A DNA stretch of 64,000 nt from Macrostomum hystrix (Eukaryota > Animalia > Platyhelminthes). Under the pieces are notes generated by a model. It made no database searches. It saw only the letters and a list, made by a program, of their open reading frames with translations, and had not been told where the DNA came from. The stretch covers positions 5,518,001 through 5,582,000 of the forward strand of contig CATNEN010000002.1 in the NCBI GenBank assembly GCA_950097015.1. Reading direction: 5' to 3'. Made by a program: the position numbers and the translations under genes. Shown piece by piece: positions 58,090 through 64,000 of this stretch (positions within the stretch are counted from its first letter, which is position 1; every line of letters begins with the position of its first letter).

Positions 58090-58215
58090 TTGGCTGAGCT
58101 GCTGGCTGAGCCCTGATTGGCTGAGCTGCTGGCCGAGCTCTGATTGGCTGAGCTGGACTCTTCGCTACTAACTAATGTTCTCCATTGCCCTGCTTACTGC
58201 CTCGATACTGTCTAT

Positions 58216-59060
58216 CATCTAGACTGTCTTTGAATGCCTGTCTGTCTGTCTTCTAGACTGTCTTTGAATGCCTGTCTCTCTGTCTTCTAGACTGTCTTTG
58301 AATGCCTGTCTCTCTGTCTTCTAGACTGTCTTTGAATGCCTGTCTCTCTGTCTTCTAGACTGTCTTTGATTGCCTGTCTGTCTGTCTTCTAGACTGTCTT
58401 TGAATGCCTGTCAGTCTGTCTTCTAGACTGTCTTTGAATGCCTGTCTCTCTGTCTTCTAGACTGTCTTTGAATGCCTGTCTCTCTGTCTTCTAGACTGTC
58501 TTTGAATGCCTGTCTCTCTGTCTTCTAGACTGTCTTTGATTGCCTGTCTGTCTGTCTTCTAGACTGTCTTTGAATGCCTGTCTCTCTGTCTTCTAGACTG
58601 TCTTTGAATGCCTGTCTCTCTGTCTTCTAGACTGTCTTTGATTGCCTGTCTCTCTGTCTTCTAGACTGTCTTTGAATGCCTGTCTCTCTGTCTTCTAGAC
58701 TGTCTTTGATTGCCTGTCTCTCTGTCTTCTAGACTGTCTTTGAATGCCTGTCTCTCTGTCTTCTAGACTGTCTTTGAATGCCTGTCTCTCTGTCTTCTAG
58801 ACTGTCTTTGATTGCCTGTCTCTCTGTCTTCTAGACTGTCTTTGATTGCCTGTCTCTCTGTCTTCTAGACTGTCTTTGATTGCCTGTCTCTCTGTCTTCT
58901 AGACTGTCTTTGATTGCCTGTCTCTCTGTCTTCTAGACTGTCTTTGATTACCTGTCTCTCTGTCTTCTAGACTGTCTTTGATTGCCTGTCTCTCTGTCTT
59001 CTAGACTGTCTTTGATTGCCTGTCTCTCTGTCTTCTAGACTGTCTTTGATTGCCTGTCTG
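58216..59060 (+). repeat. Minisatellite, 34 nt unit, RXR 3' region
   Basis: TCTAGACTGTCTTTGA(A/T)TGCCTGTCTCTCTGTCT tandem. Confidence 0.95.
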
Positions 59061-60433
59061 ATTCATTTAGTTTCTGTATCTTGCTTGTTTTTTTTATTTA
59101 TCTAACAGAAGCTGTGTCTCCACCTTCTGTTCTCTACCTCACTGACCCGGCCCTCTCTTGGCGTCGTGTTTTGCATGACAAATAATATATATATTTATAA
59201 TAAACAACTATTTATTCACAGTGGTTGAATTGGCGCTGTAAATAACACTGTACATAGATTAGTTGCGTTGCTGTTTTACAGTTTCTAGTGCTGCTGTTTA
59301 TCTAAATATGTTCATTTATTCATAATGTTGTTATAACCGAACTTTATACATTTGCAAGTCATTACTATAAGTATTATCATAGGGTGCGTTTTTTAATTGG
59401 GAATTGGCAGATTTTCAAATTCTGTTAAATTCAAAATATTTTTGTACAGTTTTTTTTCTTCTATTATTTTGTTTTAACGAACCTTATAATTTGTTTATTT
59501 TATGCGATGTACAGCAGATTCTGGCATAGTCTATTCTGATTTTTTAAATCACCTCTTATCGCCCTCCCCATTTGTTATTTCTAATTATTCTGTTGTCCAA
59601 ACAATTTCGGTGATTTTGTTTGTACGAAAGTAGACTTTTTTAGTCTTTGTTTGTGAAATGCATTGCGTCATTTGCTATGTACTTTAAAGCTTAGGAAAGT
59701 GTACTTTTTCTTTCAGGTGTACTTTTAGTATCTATTTTTGTCCGTTAGGTTTTGATGTGTGCAATAAATCATATCAGCGGGTAAAAAAGTACATCAGGGA
59801 TTCAGGAGAAGTACATTTAAGAATGTGCAAAAGTACAGGGTTCTGGTAAAAGTACATTAAAGTGCTTGAAAAGTTAAAGCCTTTATTGGTCTATTTTTAT
59901 CTAGTAAATTTATCAATTTTTTTCTCTTGTGTAATTTCAAGTGGCTCTAGAATGCTACAGTCACTGCTGCTATATCCTTCTATTTAAATACATTTTCACT
60001 TGTTAGAACAATTTTCTAATTAATGCTCCGGTCTCAAATAGTTTTTATTATTTAATTCATCTCAAAGTCTCAAATCTGTACATTGTGATCTTCCATTTTT
60101 AGTGCGAGAAATTCAGCGTTCAACAATTTTCATGGTCCATCGCTTAGTTAGGTTTTGTATCGTTGAAATTATTACAATGTTATTGGTTCTCTTTCATATT
60201 TAATACTGCTTACTTTGTACTTATATACTTTTTTAACGGAATGACCTTTATTTGTACATGCTCGCTTCGAGGATTGTGAAATAAATATCAGCAGGCGCTG
60301 TTAATATGGGAATCCATTCGACTGCTAGAAATCCATCATTGATCAAGACTTGTCATTTTATCAAACTCATTTCCTTTCTTTGTCGATTGCTGAAGCCTTG
60401 CACTATCTTTCTAGTAAGCAACTTACTACCAGC

Positions 60434-60598
60434 ATAATAATAATGACATAATAATGACATAATAACTGCAGGAGGGCCGCAGGCACTGGCATATCATTTA
60501 GTGCCAAGGAGGAGACGGGTTCTGCCAATTTCCCTGACTCGCACACACCCACACGCACACGGATACCGTACGCAGGCACATACATGTGTGTACATCTG
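60434..60598 (-). mobile_element. SINE family A, diverged 3' fragment
   Basis: ATAATAA-rich tail, CTGCAGGAGGGCCGCAGG, TTCTGCCAATTTCCCTGACTC, GATACCGTACGCAGGCACATAC, TGTGTACATCTG match about 8820-8985. Confidence 0.65.
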
Positions 60599-60643
60599 TC
60601 TAGACTTTCTTATCGTCTATGACAGATTGTAAGCTTAAACGTA

Positions 60644-60895
60644 GGGAGTGACAGTAGAGAAGGGAGTGACAGGAGAGAAGGGAGTGACAGGAGAGAAGCG
60701 AGTGACAGGAGAGAAGGGAGTCAAAGGAGAGAAGGGAGTCAAAGGAGAGAAATGAGTGACAGGAGAGAAGCGAGTGACAGGAGAGAGGCGAGTGACAGGA
60801 GGGAAGCGAGTGACAGAAGAGAAGAGAGTGACAGGAGAGAAGAGAGTGACAGAAGAGAAGAGAGTGACAGAAGAGGAGGGAGTGACAGGAGAGAA
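60644..60895 (+). repeat. Minisatellite, 18 nt unit
   Basis: GAGAAGGGAGTGACAGGA tandem. Confidence 0.9.
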
Positions 60896-61038
60896 GGTCT
60901 TGTATCCGGGGTAGAATAAGAATGAAGGTTCGGGAATCTGAACTAGACAAAAATCAATCTAAAAAGCCAATTAAATCGAAAGACAATTTACGAAAACACC
61001 AGACGGTCATTTTTCCTTTGATCAGTTGATAAATATTG

Positions 61039-61052
61039 TTTATTTGTTTATT
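61039..61052 (-). terminator. Two polyadenylation signals of the peptide precursor gene
   Basis: AATAAA at 61052-61047 and 61044-61039 (minus strand), about 95-105 nt after the stop. Confidence 0.55.
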
Positions 61053-61146
61053 CTTAGACATAGTTAAGTTAGCGAGAACTGGAAAATGTACAGTTGTATT
61101 AGTTGTTGTGTCAGTGATTCACACAGGCAGGGCTGTTGCTGCTGCC

Positions 61147-61365
61147 TCAGCCGCGGAACAAGCGCCTCCTGCGCCATCGAATGAACCACTTCTGCTGGGC
61201 CGCCGCCTCCTCGTCCTCGGGCTTGGACTCAGTCGGCTCCTCGATTCGCGACATCAGGTCCGCCAGCGGGCCATCGTCCTCCTCCTCGTTGACTTCATGG
61301 TCGCCTGCGGAGATCAGCAGGGCGAGGCTGGCGCAGGCCAGCAGGGCTAGCAGAGCACGGTGCAT
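61147..61365 (-). CDS. Intronless secreted peptide precursor, 72 aa (signal peptide, acidic propiece, cationic Trp/Arg-rich C-terminus ending in Gly); antimicrobial-peptide-like
   Basis: MHRALLALLACASLALLISA|GDHEVNEEEDDGPLADLMSRIEEPTESKPEDEEAAAQQKWFIRWRRRRLFRG*. GC3-rich codons, upstream TATAAAA, two downstream AATAAA. Confidence 0.8.
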   Translation of the reverse strand: MHRALLALLACASLALLISAGDHEVNEEEDDGPLADLMSRIEEPTESKPEDEEAAAQQKWFIRWRRRRLFRG

Positions 61366-61432
61366 TGTCCAGAGGCTTTGGATGTCGTGTTTAAAGAGGC
61401 TTGCTTTTTACAAGAGGCCAGACCGCCTTGGC

Positions 61433-61439
61433 TTTTATA
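61433..61439 (-). promoter_or_regulatory. TATA box of the peptide precursor gene
   Basis: CTATAAAAG on the minus strand, about 68 nt upstream of the ATG at 61365. Confidence 0.65.
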
Positions 61440-61934
61440 GTCGGACTTTTCTCAGCGCATTTTCTTTGCCAAGCTGGGCAAAACGTGACACCCTCGATGG
61501 TCAAGACTTCTTTTTAAGCCACTTAATTGCTTTTCCCCCCCCCAAGGCCAAACTGAGCGCTGCCAGCCATTGTCAGTGGCAGACAGCCCAAACGAGTTGA
61601 TGCAGCAACACACAAATTTCTTTATTCTTTTTCTACATTCAGCGCCACTCAGACAGGTTTGCAACTGTGAGATTCGGGGCATGGCCTTGAGATCGAAATT
61701 AGAGCACTGCTTTGCCCGTGAGAAGATAAACTTGTTTCTTTCTGTCTATAAGACTGCAAGATGATTATAAGCAATGAGAAATAAGCAGCCAATTATTTAA
61801 AGAATGGCTGGAATATTCTCAAAACACTGTAGGTAGCTCTAAAAAACTAACTAAAGAAATAAAACTATTTATTTTAGCACACGCGTGGGCTGTTCAGATG
61901 AGATGAGGTTATGAGATAAAAGATGCACACACAA

Positions 61935-61988
61935 ATGAGTGTGCTTGCTCAGGAGTCAGCGGAATGGGCAGAATTGCCACCTCGCATG
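61935..61988 (+). mobile_element. SINE family A, internal fragment
   Basis: GTGTGCTTGCTCAGGAGTCAGCGGAATGGGCAGAATTGCCACCTCGC matches the family A body. Confidence 0.65.
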
Positions 61989-62049
61989 CAGGCTGCGATA
62001 AAATGATGCTTTGATGCCCATAGCACTCTCACAAGTTCACCAGCTGGGA

Positions 62050-62490
62050 ATTACTTGGGGGATCTCACTTGGGATTGTGGGGATCACTTGGGATCGTGAG
62101 GATCAATTGGGATTGTGGGGATCAATTGGGATTGTGGGGATCTCACTTGGGATCGTGAGGATCAATTGGGATCGTGAGGATCAATTGGGATTGTGGGGAT
62201 CAATTGGGATTGTGGGGATCTCACTTGGGATTGTGGGGATCACTTGGGATCGTGAGGATCAATTGGGATTGTGGGGATCACTTGGGATTGTGGGGATCAC
62301 TTAGGATTGTTAGGGATTAATAGGGATTGTCGGGGATCACTTAGGGTTGTTAGGGATTAATCGGGATTTTCGGGGATCACTTAGGATTGTTAGGGATTAA
62401 TAGGGATTGTCGGGGATCACATAAGATGGTTAGGGATTAATTGGGATTATCGGGGATCACTTAGGATTGGTAGGGATTAATTGGGATTGT
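62050..62490 (+). repeat. GGG-rich degenerate minisatellite
   Basis: GGGATTGTGGGGATCA(C/A)TT and TTAGGGATTAA variants. Confidence 0.88.
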
Positions 62491-63194
62491 TTTTGGAGTA
62501 TTTCTGTGTCTTAGAAATGTAAAAATATATGAAAATTTTTCTTTTTTTCTTGTACAGCGAGTTCCATTATTTCTTATATTTTATTCAAGAACAGTCGTAA
62601 TTTAAGTTTATTTAGTACACATTGCACTTCCAAAACATGTTGAGCGTTGTGGCAAATTTTGCTTCCAAGATTCCATGCATAAACCAGTTTTATTTTAAAG
62701 CAATTAATTTGAAAATTATATTAAGCAAGCAAATAAAGTTGTGTAAATCATGTAGAAATAAATGGAATTAAACACAAATATAAAATGGACAACAATTGTG
62801 CTTAACAAGCGACTAGAAAGTTAATAGTCAAAAGTAAAAATAGGAAAAACGAATGTTTGTTTACTTACAGGCAGTTTAAAATGATGCCCAAAGTTTGGTA
62901 AACAAAGACATGGTAAATTTGCTTTGACTAGGCCTGTGGTTGATATGTAACACAAGTGAGGAAATACAATGGCGGCGTGCTCGAAAAAAGTAAGACAAAA
63001 CTGCATTTTCGCTAACTGGAATTCATAATAAGGAATTCTGAACTGCGTTTGCTGACAATTGTAAAAAAATAATTTTCACTATTGCCCTGAAGTTACCGTA
63101 CTTGCTACTTACAGTAGCTAGTTGACGAAAACTTCTGTAGCAAAAATCATTTTCAGCAGTTATTAATTGGGTAGAGGAAGCGAACTGTCACAAT

Positions 63195-63865
63195 AGTCAT
63201 AAACCATTTTGGATAGTCATAAACCATTTTGGGGCAGTCATAAACCATTTTGGATAGTCATAAACCATTTTGGGGCAGTCATAAACCATTTTGGGGCAGT
63301 CATAAACCATTTTGGATAGTCATAAACCATTTTGGGGCAGTCATAAACCATTTTGGGGCAGTCATAAACCATTTTGGGGTAGTCATAAACCATTTTGGGG
63401 TAGTCATAAACAATTTTGGGGCAGTCATAAACCATTTTGGATAGTCATAAACCATTTTGGGGCAGTCATAAACCATTTTGGGGCAGTCATAAACCATTTT
63501 GGGGCAGTCATAAACCATTTTGGGGTAGTCATAAACCATTTTGGGGCAGTCATAAACAATTTTGGGGTTGTCATAAACCATTTTGGGGTTGTCATAAACC
63601 ATTTTGGGGTAGTCATAAACTATTTTGGGGTAGTCATAAACTATTTTGGGGTTGTCATAAACCATTTTGGGGCAGTCATAAACCATTTTGGGGTAGTCAT
63701 AAACTATTTTGGGGTAGTCATAAACCATTTTGGGGTAGTCATAAACCATTTTGGGGTAGTCATAAACCATTTTGGGGCAGTCATAAACAATTTTGGGGTA
63801 GTCATAAACCATTTCTAACAGTCATAAACCATTTCTAACAGTCATAAACCATTTCTAACAGTCAT
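63195..63865 (+). repeat. Minisatellite, 21 nt unit
   Basis: GTCATAAACCATTTTGGGG(C/T)A tandem. Confidence 0.95.
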
Positions 63866-63873
63866 GCTGAGAC

Positions 63874-64000
63874 TCAAGAACCCATCGGTGCTCCAATGTC
63901 GCGCCTGAATGACAGGTATTTGAGCGCCCTGACTCCGTGCTTCTTGGCCAGGTATTTGATGTACTCCACTTTGAGCGTGTTGATGCAGTGTCGGTACTCG
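63874..64000 (-). CDS. C-terminal coding end of an unidentified gene extending beyond the window
   Basis: Open GC3-rich frame EYRHCINTLKVEYIKYLAKKHGVRALKYLSFRRDIGAPMGS* with TGA at 63876-63874. Confidence 0.6.
   Translation of the reverse strand, partial: EYRHCINTLKVEYIKYLAKKHGVRALKYLSFRRDIGAPMGS

Noticed and set aside
62300-62490. Telomere-like TTAGGG
   Set aside because: Only isolated hexamers inside a larger unit, not tandem telomeric repeats.
63238-63838. MVYDYPK / SHKPFWG repeat ORFs (also those at 52644-53221)
   Set aside because: 21-nt tandem arrays open in several frames on both strands.

Overview
Eukaryotic (metazoan) genomic DNA with GT-AG introns, GC-rich exons and many unrelated 12-42 nt minisatellite arrays. 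This texture resembles the flatworm Macrostomum, but the species call is inference only. I reconstructed five multi-exon genes by hand, and their exon lengths sum to whole codons: (1) a VGLUT-type SLC17 transporter (347-4582, +, 8 exons, 524 aa); (2) a membrane-anchored protein with two METTL24/Methyltransf_22-like domains (7957-11331, +, 3 exons); (3) an abLIM-type protein with only two LIM domains plus a villin headpiece (33610-37354, -, 3 exons, 588 aa); (4) a PPM1H/J/M-type PP2C phosphatase (43122-54427, +, 9 exons, 524 aa); (5) an RXR nuclear receptor (55344-58089, +, 3 exons, 378 aa). The most striking candidate novelty is an intronless 72-aa secreted precursor (61147-61365, -) with TATA box and polyA signals. 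It has a signal peptide, an acidic propiece and a Trp/Arg-rich C-terminus ending in Gly, the layout of an amidated antimicrobial peptide. Also present: a tentative 3-exon unknown gene (6320-27160) among RFX X-boxes that would host the methyltransferase gene in its first intron, three tRNA-derived SINE types (two with CORE-like segments), a dispersed 22-nt quasi-palindrome, inverted minisatellite arrays, and the 3' end of an unidentified gene at the right edge. There are no prokaryotic features or CRISPR arrays. All homology calls rest on recalled motifs, not database searches.
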